Origin: Octopus bimaculoides
Lineage: Eukaryota
Direction of reading: 5' to 3'
Length of the DNA stretch: 63,574 nt
Assembly: GCF_001194135.2 (NCBI RefSeq)
Contig: NC_068987.1
Coordinates: 11,086,181-11,149,754, forward strand
Shown piece by piece: positions 42,194-53,146 of the stretch. The position numbers and the translations under genes are program-made. How positions within the stretch are numbered: the stretch's first letter is position 1; each line of letters begins with the position of its first letter. A model generated the notes under the pieces. It was not told the DNA's origin, ran no database searches, and saw only the letters and a program-made list of their open reading frames with translations.

Positions 42194-43186
42194 GGAGATA
42201 TGTATATGTATAGGTATCTGTATGTGTGTGTATGTGTTTGTATATATATATGTATATACATGTGTGTGTGTGTATATATATATTCCGTCATTCAAGAGTT
42301 ATATTTAAAGTGTGTTTATTGCTAATTGAAAAATTACATTGTCATTTTGTAAACTATGTTGAAATTTTAAATTTTAAACTGTCCATCTAGCAGAATTCTG
42401 TCAATTTGCTATCAATTAGTTGCTAGAACTTTGGTGGAACCAAATAGTGAGGTTTGATTGTCTGTAGGGCAAAATAAACAAAGAATTTTATGGAATTTCG
42501 TGTGCATTTGATTTAGGTGTATTTTTGTTGTTTTGTAGTAGTTTTATATGTTTTTATTTTTTAGGACAGGAAATGATAATCATATTTGTATATTAGTTGA
42601 TAAGGCTGAATATAAACAATTATAAAAGTGAAGTTGTGGGAGAAATGTATTCTTCTGAAACCTTTGTTTCTTCTCTTGTTTGGTATTTTCATTTGGCACA
42701 GGCATAGCTGTGTGGTTGACAAACTCGCTGTGCAACCACACGGTTTCAAGTTCAGTCCCACTGTGTGACACCTTGGCAAGTGCCTTCTATTATAGCCCTA
42801 GCCAATCAATTGCCTTGGTGTTGGAAGCCTATTGTATGTGTGTTTGTGTGTATCTGTGTTTTCCCCACTTTCCACATCTTCAGAACCAGTATTAATTTGT
42901 TTAGGCACAGGGTAATACTTGTGGGTGTTCTCGGTAACACACTCTGACACTATCACCTCCCTAGTTATCCATACTTTCTATATTTAATTTAAGCCTGCAA
43001 AGTTGCCTATTTTCAACTATGTTTTGGCTATTTATCAGTGTCAATGTTTGTTTTTTGGTTGTCTATCAATATCTGTCTTGACATCTATTCTTCTGAGTTT
43101 TTCCCCCCCTCCTACTGTAGTTAGACATTTTACAGTGCTTTGTAAAAAGTATTCACACAAAGAGCACACCCATCCCAATGCTACAC

Positions 43187-43448
43187 TGAAAGCACTTGTG
43201 ATGGTATCACATAAGAAGCACATGTGCTGATACCCTGTAAAAAACACTTGTGCTGCTGTTACGCAGAGAGCACTCATGCCGGTGCCACGCAGAGAGCACA
43301 CATGCTGGTGCCACAATAAAGCACTTGTGCTGGTGTTACATACAAAGCACTCTTGCAGTGCCATGTACAGAACATTTGTACCAGTGTCACATAAGAAGAT
43401 CTTATGCTGGCACCATGTACGAGCACCTGGGCTGGTACCATGTGAAAA
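43187..43448 (+). repeat. Diverged tandem array of about ten ~26-bp units (approx. AAAAGCACnnGTGCTGGTGCCACGT) inside a family B element
   Basis: Units read directly: aaagcacttgtgatggtatcacat / aagaagcacatgtgctgataccctgt / agagagcactcatgccggtgccacgc / aataaagcacttgtgctggtgttacat, and so on. Confidence 0.8.
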
Positions 43449-43726
43449 GTACACTCTGTAGAGTGGTTGGCATCATCAAGGGTATCCAGGTGTAGGAACC
43501 ATGCCGGAACAGACAACTGGAATCTGGGCTAATCTCTGGCTTACCAGCTCCTGTCGAACCGTCCCAACCCATGCCAGCATAGAAAACAGACATTAAATGA
43601 TGATGATGATGATCATCATGGTGATGGTGATGGTGATGGTGATGATCATGGTATTTTAGTCCCAATATTAGACTGTTTTCATCATATGCCTGAGACTGTT
43701 GTTGTCATTATTTCTTTCACCACCAG

Positions 43727-43758
<32 letters not shown>

Positions 43759-43879
43759 TCATCAGATATCATCAGCTTTCAAGTATTTGGATCTTCATCT
43801 CATTCTGCCTTGTGCTGTCCTTTATATATATATATATATATNNNNNNNNNNNNNNNNNNNNNNNNTATATATATTCAGT

Positions 43880-44213
43880 GTATTTTATGTCAGTCTGATA
43901 TTCTTGATATTATCTGTCAACGTAATTCTTAGTTGTTCTTCTTCCCTTACCATTTATTCCGCCTTCTATTAACTGTCTCCTCTGTAAACCTTTTTTATTT
44001 TTTGGCTTTTGTTTTTAATTAAATGTCCTAAGTATTTTAGTTTTCTCTCTTTGATGGTGTCTGATAGAACTTGCTTTAATTTCTACTATTTTTAGAACTT
44101 CATGCTTTGTCAAAGACATTCTGAAAAGACTTTCTGTATTCCTTCATTTCAAAGGGCTCATACTTTTATTCATTCATGTTTGGATTTCAACTCCATATAG
44201 TAGGGTGGACCAC
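43880..44213 (-). mobile_element. RTE LINE fragment 3 (RT C-terminal region)
   Basis: VWSTLLYGVEI...FEM..YRK...EVLKIVE...TIKERKLKYLGHLI (frameshifted) matches RTE VWS.LLYG.ETW..AFEMW.YRR...EVL...IK.RKL.Y.GH. Confidence 0.75.
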
Positions 44214-44241
44214 ACACACATACATAGATATTACTGATATA

Positions 44242-44289
<48 letters not shown>

Positions 44290-44645
44290 GTAGTTGTATG
44301 CTGTCAACTTAATGTGTGATAGTTACCGTGAAGGGAATAATACTAGTGCTATTTAGCCCAAGGAAACAGCACCGCTTACTGTCAGCCTTCACACATTTCC
44401 TGTGTCTTTATGTTTACAAGGGGGAGATAAGCACCTCCACCCAGCTAAGCCTGCATCCAGAGGTTAGTTTCTGAGTCATTGCTCGTCTTCAGTCTGGAGT
44501 AGCATGGCTTGCTAGTTGGAAATGCCTATCTAGCTCTTGTAAACATATAAGGCTGACAGGAAGCTGTGCTGCTTCCTAGGGCTAAATAGCAGTAGTATTA
44601 TTCCCTTCATGGGACTGTCACATTAAGTTGACAGCATACAACTAC
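44290..44645. mobile_element. Long-TIR fold-back MITE
   Basis: 44290-44389 is the reverse complement of 44549-44645. The first 27 nt (gtagttgtatgctgtcaacttaatgtg) are perfect and the rest has scattered mismatches. A second inner pair is 44408-44432 with 44523-44550. No ORF. Confidence 0.85.
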
Positions 44646-44694
44646 TTTATCATATCACTACTGCATAAATCTCTCTGAGAGATTTAGAAATGTA

Positions 44695-44736
<42 letters not shown>

Positions 44737-45299
44737 GTCATCTTCATCATCATCATTATTATTTAAAATCTGTTTTCCATGCTGGCATGGGTTGGATGGT
44801 TTGACTGAAAATTGGTAAGCCAGGAAGCTGTACCAGGTTCCAATCTGATTTAGCATGGTTTCTACAGCTGAATACCCTTCCTAACATCAACCACTCCGAG
44901 AATGTAGTGAGTGCTTTTTATGTGCCACCGATATGGGTGCCAGTTGCAAAACACCGGCATTGACCACAGCTACAATTTCACTTGGCTTGACAGGTCTTCT
45001 CAAGCACAGTATATTGCCAAAGGTCTTGGTCATTTGTCTCTGCTTCCGTGAGACCCAAAGTTCGAAGGATGCTTTTTACATACCACCGGCACAGGTGCCA
45101 ATTATGCAACATTGGCGTCAGCCATGACTATAATTGCATTTGGCTTGACAGATCTTCTCCAGCATGGCATATCATCCAACATTCGAAGGGTGCTTTTTAC
45201 GTTTACATGTCACTGACATGGGTGCCAGGCTTCTTTCAGTTTCCATCTACCACTTCTACTTCCAAGACTTTGATTGACTCAAAGCTATCATAGAAGACC

Positions 45300-45455
45300 C
45301 TTAGTTTTTTCCTTGTTTCCTTCTTACTACTGCTGTTTTGCTTCCAGTACAGTCTTGTTATTATTCGAAGGGCTTTATTACATATGTTGAAGATCTTCTT
45401 AAGGTATAGAATAAACAAATTAGAGGACAATACACAGCCTTGTTTAACTCCTTTC
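45300..45455 (-). mobile_element. RTE LINE fragment 2 (RT core motif)
   Basis: KGVKQGCVLSSNLFILYLKKIF is the LINE RT motif GVRQGC.LSP.LF..Y. It is cut off exactly at the TTAA of a MITE at 45456. Confidence 0.8.
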
Positions 45456-45585
45456 TTAATCCCTTAGTATTCAAACTACTCTGTCAAATGTAATGCCTAT
45501 TTATTCACATTGTTTCCAATTAATTCGCCTTATCTCTTAGCTTTGAGATTTGGATGATGTGATTGTATATTTTTAGAATGACACA
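45456..45585 (+). mobile_element. Family C MITE, 3'-truncated, adjoining the RTE RT fragment
   Basis: ttaatcccttagtattcaaactactctgtcaaatgtaatgcc...ttttagaatgac. Confidence 0.75.
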
Positions 45586-45628
45586 GGGCATATCATTATT
45601 ATCATTATTATTATTATTATTATTATTG

Positions 45629-45895
45629 TTATAGGATTGAGGTAACTCCTCCAGTAGGTATACAGAAGCAAAAGAAAGAAGAGTGCCATTGTTATCAAGT
45701 GAACGATAGTTCGGCATCTAGCAGGCCTTCTTTTTTTTTGCTTGTGGAAGAGTTGCCTCAGTCCTATAAAATATTACCAAGAATGAAGTAGATTGACAAG
45801 TTTATTTTTTGAACCTGTGAAAGGAACACTAGATGCCGAAATATCGTTCACTTGATAACAATGGCACTCTTCTTTTCTTCTTTTTTTTTGCTTCT
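45629..45895. repeat. Interleaved inverted-repeat cassette A-B-C-B'-A'...C'-B'
   Basis: C (45682-45721) vs C' (45829-45868): 39/40 complementary. A (45629-45653) vs A' (45745-45769): 22/25. B (gaagcaaaagaaagaag) has complements at 45727-45743 and 45869-45895. Confidence 0.85.
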
Positions 45896-45924
45896 ATCAT
45901 CATCATCATCATCATCATCATCAC

Positions 45925-45964
<40 letters not shown>

Positions 45965-46019
45965 TTCATTTTCATTTTCGTTTATTCTTTCTGTGATTCT
46001 TTGTCAGTTGATGGATAGT

Positions 46020-46330
46020 TATAGTTTAGTCACGACTCACCAAGTTTATGGTTCTATGCTGCAGTCTTGAGCTTTTGGTCGTACGGCAGGAATGACATGA
46101 AGCCAGTTCGTTTCATCTCAGAACATTGCCCACTCTCATCCATTACTTTACATACGTCTGTTCTTAGATTGCGATTGCAGTTACATGTTTTAATGCTTTT
46201 GCTAGTATTTCGTCTGTTCCAGCTACCTTCCCATCTTCCATTGTATTTATTGCATATTCTACTTCTTTGAAGATTTCAGACAAGAGTTAGTCTGGCTTTC
46301 AGATTCTTCTAGTTTTCTATCTGTTGCCAT
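46020..46330 (-). mobile_element. RTE LINE fragment 1 (RT N-terminal region)
   Basis: IFKEVEYAINTMEDGKVAGTDEILAKALKH matches EEV..AI..MK.GKA.G.D.I..E.LK. It is followed, with frameshifts, by PKAQDCS and RTINLVS (consensus K..A.DC.N.RTISL.SH). Confidence 0.8.
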
Positions 46331-46396
46331 AGTTTGTTAACACTCAAACTTCACTCAACATCCACCTGGTTATTTCTAAGTCTACCACTTTTGTGT

Positions 46397-47022
46397 TTGA
46401 CCCATTAGTATTCAGATAACGCTATCAAATGTAATGTTTGTTTTACTCTCATTGTTTTAAATTAATCATACATAGGCACAGGAGTGGCTGTGTGGTAAGT
46501 AGCTTGCTTACCAACCACATGGTTCCGGGTTCAGTCCCACTGCATGGCACCTTGGGCAAGTGTCTTCTACTATAGCCTTGGGCCGACCAAAGCCTTGTGA
46601 ATGGATTTGGTAGGCGGAAACTGAAAGAAGCCCGTCATATATATGTTTGTGTGTCTGTGTTTGTCCCCCCACTATCGCTTGACAACCAATGCTGGTATGT
46701 TTACGTCCCCCGTAACTTAGCAGTTCGGCAAAAAGAAACCAATAGAATAAATACTAGGCTTACAAAGAATAAGTCCTGGGGTCGATTTGCTCGACTAAAG
46801 GCGGTGCCCCAGCATGGCCGCAGTTAAATGACTGAAACAAGTAAAAGGGTAAAGAGTAAATCATACATCATCTTGTTACTTCAAGATTTCGATCACGTGA
46901 TTGTATACTTTTATAATGACATGATAGGATAGGTGTAAGAGGCCAGATCTGGCTTGTTTGAACATGGAATATAATCTACATATTTGGGCTGGATATGGCC
47001 AGTTTAACTGCTAAAGGGCTAA
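46397..47022 (+). mobile_element. Family C MITE containing a full family A SINE with a 10-bp TSD
   Basis: Left arm 46397-46473, SINE 46474-46858, right arm to ...ctaaagggctaa. AATCATACAT is duplicated at 46464-46473 and 46859-46868. Confidence 0.9.
46474..46858 (+). mobile_element. SINE family A, full length, with TSD
   Basis: Complete head-core-tail; 10-bp TSD AATCATACAT. Confidence 0.92.
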
Positions 47023-47232
47023 ACTGGCCGTATTCATCCCTAATATTCAACCTGTCGTTATGTTAAAACCAGCCAGATCCAGACTTTCACACCTACCCTG
47101 CAATGTCATCCTAAAAATAGACAAGCATATCAGCAAAATCTCAAAGCTACAAGACAGTACATGATTTATTCAAGACAATGTGAATAAATAAGCATTACAA
47201 TTGACCGAGAAACCGGAATGGTAAAGGGTTAA
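47020..47232 (-). mobile_element. Family C MITE, reverse copy fused tail-to-tail with the previous one
   Basis: taaactggccgtattc...gaatggtaaaggg|TTAA; lacks its terminal ~16 nt at the junction. Confidence 0.8.
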
Positions 47233-48668
47233 GCTGTTTGGCAAAGAGCAGCTAAAAGAGAGAGGGAGAACCTTTAGTTACCTGGCCCTTAAATAATGGA
47301 ACAATGTATTAATTGAATTTAATTTATTGACTGCGCAACTTGATAGAAGGTGGTGGTGGCGGCGGCGGTGATGGTTTTTGGCAATGACAATGGTGGTGGT
47401 GGTGGTGGTGGTGGTGGTGACGAAGGTTGGCACAAGCTTAATACATAATCTGCTTTTTACAAGACAAAGCAAATTGCAGAGTTATCTTGACATATGAAGC
47501 ACTAAGCTTCACAGAAACTACACAACATATATAGGCACGTGTTGCTTTTCACTTATTGTTTATATTTATCTTTTTTCCTTCTTTTTTTTTTCTTTTTTTT
47601 TTTTGGTTAATTTTTCATTTTTCATAATTAAGATATTAGTTTTTTTTTTAAATTTCTAGAACTGAGTGTATTAACTAATTACGAACCTTTTGCAGATTCT
47701 TCATTATACAAATATTTAAAATTTATTCACCTCGGGTTTAAAAAAATTTTTTTCTTTTTCTTCTCTTATTTTGAGAAGAACTCACATTTATCTATAATAT
47801 ATATATATATATTTTTTAATGTTCTTTAAAAAAAAAAAAAAATTAATCTGTTAAAGTTGCTAACTAGCAACTTCACAGTTGATTTTCTAACCTTAAGGTA
47901 AGTCTTCTAAATTAGAATGTCAAAAAGGAATCGCATCTTTCGTTGACAAAAGATATTACATAATGAATCCGAAGAATAGCAGTAACTATACTTTCACATT
48001 AATTAGAATATAACAGCCACATAAAAAAACAAAATAAAAATATAAAATAAAATATAATTGAAATTGAGCTTCCTGTTTCTGAATTAACTTTGATTAGTAA
48101 CTAAAATATATATATATGGTTTTCTAGTTTATTCTGACATATCTGCATAGCCTCTGCAACTGTTTTAAATGTAGTTTTGATATCATTTTGTATTTCTCTT
48201 GGAAAATATGTCCCCTTTTCCAACCAGTTTTCCCTACCAACTCGCTTTGAACCCAAATTGAACTCTATAAACTCAACCAATTATAACTGGTGCTATGTGG
48301 ATTGGCTCTGCACTAACACTTTCCCTCCTACTTCATTAGCATTTGGCTTTCTTACAATATTCTCATCTTCTCTTTGCAGCAGTTGCTAAGTGTCTTTCAA
48401 CAATCTCAAGCAATTGGGTTAGTGTAGAGGTAACGATGCCAAAATTAAAACTTGTCAGCGAATGGTTCAGGGCCTACTAGCTTCAAATCATACTTTGGCA
48501 GGGTTTGCTTTAACATTCTTTCTTCTGAGGACAATTCTGTATCTCTGAGACTCATTATTCTCTTGGAGACCGAATAAAGAAATTTAGTTTGATCAAGTAT
48601 AAGATGTGCTTAAACTAACCAGGAGCTGGGACTCGCAGTTGAGTAGCTGGCTGTTAAATGTAAATATT

Positions 48669-49600
48669 GGTGAAGGTGTGGTTGTGTGGTACGAAACTTG
48701 CTTCCCAACTACATGGTTCTGGGTTCAGTCCCACTGCATGGCACCTTGGGAAAGTGTCTTCTTCTATAGCCTCAGTCCGACCAAAGCCTTGTGAGTGGAT
48801 TTGACTGGCAGAAGCTAAAAGAAGCTCATGTACATCCCTGTGACTCAACTGTTCAGCAAAAGAGATTGATAGAACAAATACCAAGCTTGAGAAGAAAATA
48901 AACAATAAATACTGGCAGTTGATTTGTTTGCCATCACCTTACATGGCTACAGTTCAGTGACTGTAACAAATAAAAAATATCGATACCATCTTAAAACTGT
49001 GAGAGCATGTGGGACAGTGCCACCCTGGGTATGCTGAAAACAAAAAAACAAACAAAAACAAACAGACAGGATGGTCAAATTCTGTAATGTCTTTTATTGT
49101 ACATAGGTCAGATTGATAACTAAACAATAATAGAAACAAAATGTTTGAATAATATAAAGTATGGTAGGTACAGGCGTGGCTGTGTGGTAAGAAGTTTCCT
49201 TCTCATCACATGGTTCCAGGTTCAGTCCTACTGTGTGGCACCTTCAGCAAGTGTCTTCTACTATAGCCTTGGGCCAGCCGAAGCCTTGTGGTTGGATTTG
49301 GTAGGGAGAAACTAAAAGAAGTCGAGGTCAATTTTGCCTTTCATCCTTTTAGGGGTCGATAAAATTAAGTACCAGTTACGCACTGGGGTCGATGTAATCA
49401 ACTTAATCCCTTTGTCTGTCTTTGTTTGTCCCTTCTATGTTTAGCCCCTTGTGGGCAGTGTGTGTGTTTTCACCACCACCACTTGACAACTGGTGTTGGT
49501 GTGTTTACATCCTGGTTACTTGGCATTTCACCAAAAGAGCCCAACAGAATAACTACCAGGCTTTACAAAAAAAAAAATAAGTTTAAGTACCGGGGTTGAT
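48669..49600 (+). mobile_element. Two degenerate family A SINEs (48669-48975 and 49167-49600); the second contains a family E insert (49322-49455)
   Basis: Heads carry GGTTCAGTCC. The family E core gaggtcaattttgcctttcatcc interrupts the second copy where the microsatellite normally lies. Confidence 0.75.
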
Positions 49601-49819
49601 TTTTAGTGAGAGTGGTCACTAATTTAAAGTATGAAAGTGTTCGTGACAAAGTCCATTAAATGAGCTTTTGAGGAGCATTTGTAATGAATGTCAGAAAGCA
49701 GTTTTTAAACAAAACATTGTATAGGAAACATTGTGTATTGAAATAGGAACGGGTGCTGACAAGTATCAAGAGGTGTAGCCTGTACGTGTATGTGAGTCAG
49801 GTAAAGTATGATAACTTAC

Positions 49820-49875
49820 TTTTGCCCAAAATGGTTCTGCTGGAAGCCATTGTAAGCTAATTGGAACAAAACTAG
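49820..49875 (-). other. Candidate 56-nt exon
   Basis: Acceptor tattttcgtttcag| and donor AAA|gtaagt are both near consensus, in unique sequence. Contains acaATGG (MASSRTILGK). No protein similarity recognised. Confidence 0.3.
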
Positions 49876-51950
49876 CTGAAACGAAAATACACAGTTCTTT
49901 ATGAGGCAGAGTTGAAGCTGATGTCATCCAGACTTTCGAGGAGTGAAGTTAACATAACTGAACTAGACTGGTCAGGAGGTGAACTGTTACTGTTGTGCCA
50001 TCTTTTCACCAACTGCTGTTTGTATTCCTATGCATCCAGCCCTGATTGGCTGGAGCATGCCACAGCACAACTGTGCTATACCGCAGCAACACAAATAGCT
50101 TTCCTGACTCACTACAGATTCATTCAACTAAAAAAGAATTCTTCGAGGTGAAGCCCCAACATGGCTACAGTCTAATGACTGAAACAAGTAAAAGATAAAA
50201 GATGTGTGTTTCTTTGTGTCTGTGTTTACCCCTCCACCACTACCACAAGTACCGAGGTCTGTTCATCCAGCTAAAGATTTCTGAAGGCAGTGCCCCAGCA
50301 TGGTCGCAGTCTAATGACTGAAACAAGTAAAGGATAAATGATACAGTTCGGAACTTAGCATTTATATTACTTCAAGTATTTTTGGTATCTCCATCCTTCA
50401 TAGTATTCCTTCTGTTTATTATTACGGTCTTAGTTGGTTACCATTAAATTTCTTGGTTAATTAGCTACTGAATGAAGGCTCTTTTGTTAAATTACATGCT
50501 GGTACTTCTCTGTGAGGTTTGTAAATCATCAGTTTTTCTCGTTTTATAAATTGATCTCATGGGTGAGAGAATCACTATGGCAAGTGTTAACACGACAATA
50601 GCAGCAACAAGGTTTGTTTCAATAGAATTTCTTATTTCGTGCAATAATTTATTCTGCTATTTTGATGTTAATGTTGCCAGTTTAATTCGGTTTGTTGCTG
50701 AAGGTTTAAATTTGTTAAATTGCAAAAGGAAAAATATTAAAATTCGAAGATGGAGGAGAGGAGTGTGGGGGAAATAAATAAATAAATATATAAATAAATA
50801 CATAAATAACATAAATTTTTCAAAAAACGGCCGAGCATTGAAAAACCATGTGACTGAATAGAGCAAAGACTTAAGATCCTGTTATAATAAAAGACGATAA
50901 TAAAAAGGGGTTTATGATTTTTTTTTTTTTTTTTTTTTTTACATTCAAATCTACAAAAATTTAGTTTTTATTTTATTATCTTGATTTAAATGCAAATGAT
51001 TAGATCGCTGGAGGTGTTTTATTTTATTCAATTTTTATTTCCATTGTATCATTTTTTTATATATATATATTTTTTTTCATTCATTCACGTTATTGATTTT
51101 TCATGTTTTCCAATTTTCAACCTTACTACCACAATACAATGGTGAGGTAGGGTTTACCAACCTTTTTGCGTATGGTTCTCACTCAATTCCGTACTGCAGT
51201 GATGGGCACCAAAAGTAATTTAGCAGCTCATAAATTTTTATGAAGTCTTCTAACGTTCGCTATAAAACAACTTCCTATGGAAAAGGTTGATGAATGTTTG
51301 GTTCTGGCGGAGCCTTAAAATATTGATTAGTTTCATTTTGGTTCCAGTAACTCTTCGCATAAAGTAAAGTTTTAAAATAGGAACAAGATTCTTTATTAGT
51401 TAAAGCTAAAGACTGAACTTGTTCATCTGTTGTGAACATTTTCTATTCTTTTTTTTTTCTGTCTTTTTTTTTTTTCTTTTTGTCTTGCAGCATAAAAATT
51501 CCAGGCATTAGTACTTTGGTAAATGGTTTAATAGAATCGATTCCTATTTGGTTTGTGGCATGTGGTGAGAAGATTTTATTTCAAGCAATTGCGAAAGAGA
51601 GAAAGAAAAAGGAGAAATGGCACGAGAGACATGCACGCCCATTCACATCTGTATCTGCCATGTTTTTGTGTGTGTATGTGCATGCATGTGTGTGTGTGTG
51701 TGTGTGTGTGTAAAAAGACATGCCTACTTTTCTTAATTTTATTTTATGATGTTGCTTATGGAACATACAATATTGTAGTCAAAGATTCTAATCAATTTGT
51801 CTTCTAGTTTTATAGCCCAGTGTGGTATTTAAAACATTGGGTATATTAATTATTTATTGTTGGTGTTTTTTGCCAAGATCAGTTCTGACTGAGCAGACCT
51901 GTGATTAAATATATTCCCACCATGCCCTTCACTTCATAATATACTCAGGG

Positions 51951-52333
51951 TTGTTGGTACTCCGTCGCTTATGACGACGAGGGTTCCAGTTGATCCGATC
52001 AACGGAACAGCCTGCTTGTGAAATTAACGTGCAAGTGGCTTAGCACTCCACAGACACGTGTACCCTTAACGTAGTTCTCGGGAATATTCAGCGTGACACA
52101 GTGTGACAAGGCTGACCCTTTGAATTACAGGCACAACAGGAACAGGAAGTAAGAATCAGAGAAAGTTGTGGTGAAAGAGTACAGCAGGGTTCGCCACCAT
52201 CCCCTGCTGGAGCCTCGTGGAGCTTTAGGTATTTTCGCTCAATAAACACTCACTATGCCCGGTTTGGGAATCGAAACCGCGATCCTATGACCGCGAGTCT
52301 GCTGCCCTAACCACTGGGCCATTGCGCCTCCAC
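51951..52333 (-). mobile_element. Near-intact tRNA-derived SINE family G with a 10-bp TSD, inserted in an older repeat
   Basis: Head gtggaggcgcaatggcccagtggttagggcagcagactcgcggtc... has A box TGGCCCAGTGG and B box GGTTTCGATTCC. TSD ATACTCAGGG is at 51941-51950 and 52334-52343, and the copy retains many CpGs. Confidence 0.92.
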
Positions 52334-53113
52334 ATACTCAGGGTATCATTATGCTATATATCCTTTCTTTTTAAGAAAAGGATATGGCAAGGATATGATA
52401 TCTGAGGGGATTTGGCTATTATTCCTTATTAGCTTGTTAATTATGAATTTCAATCAATATACAGGTGCAGGTGTGGCTGTGTGGTCTTGGGTTCAGTTCC
52501 ACTGTTTGGTACCTAGGGCAAAGTGCTTTCTATTATAATCCTTGGTCAACACAAATACAAATGCATCATGTAAAAATGCACCCATGCTGGTGCCATATAA
52601 AAAGCTCCCAGTACACTCTGTAAAGTGGTTGGTACCAGGAAGGGTATCCAGCTGTTGAAACCCTGCCAAAACAGACGGTTAGAGTCTGGTGAGGTTCTCT
52701 GGCTTGCCAGTTCCTGTCAAACCAGCCATTCCATGCCAGCATTAAAAACGGATATATAATGACGATAATGATGATGATGGTGATAACAATGACGATGATG
52801 ATGATGATGATAACAATGATGACGACAATGATGATGATATATATGTGACAGGTTTCTTTAGGTGTATGTGCAACCTCATCTTGATGTTGTGACAAGCATC
52901 ACTCACAGTAATTACAAGCAATGACGTTCATTACGGATCTTCGTGAAATGCTTTGTCTGGCTTTAGGGGAATTATTGCCTTGCTTGGGAGACAGATGAGG
53001 GTTGGTGACAGAAAGGGCATCCGCCTGTAGGAAATCTGCCTCAACAAATTCCTCGTCCATGCAGGACAAGTGGACACTAAATGATGATGGCGGTGGAGGT
53101 GGTAAGAATGGCA

Positions 53114-53146
<33 letters not shown>

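Noticed and set aside
43187-43448. CRISPR-like appearance of regularly spaced palindromic units
   Set aside because: The units are contiguous diverged tandem repeats without unique spacers, lie inside a retroposon in eukaryotic DNA, and have no cas genes nearby.
49912-50151. 79-aa plus-strand ORF
   Set aside because: It begins at TTG, has no motif, and its end runs into a family A SINE tail.
50480-50660. Minus-strand hydrophobic stretch LVAAIVVLTLAIVILSPM resembling a transmembrane exon
   Set aside because: There is an in-frame stop just upstream and only weak splice sites; hydrophobic runs are common in AT-rich DNA.
52255-52333. tRNA gene (also the heads at 32864, 39899, 40405, 46474 and 35277-35343)
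   Set aside because: A and B boxes are present, but there is no closing acceptor stem or oligo-T terminator, and each continues into a SINE body; the 51951 copy has a TSD.
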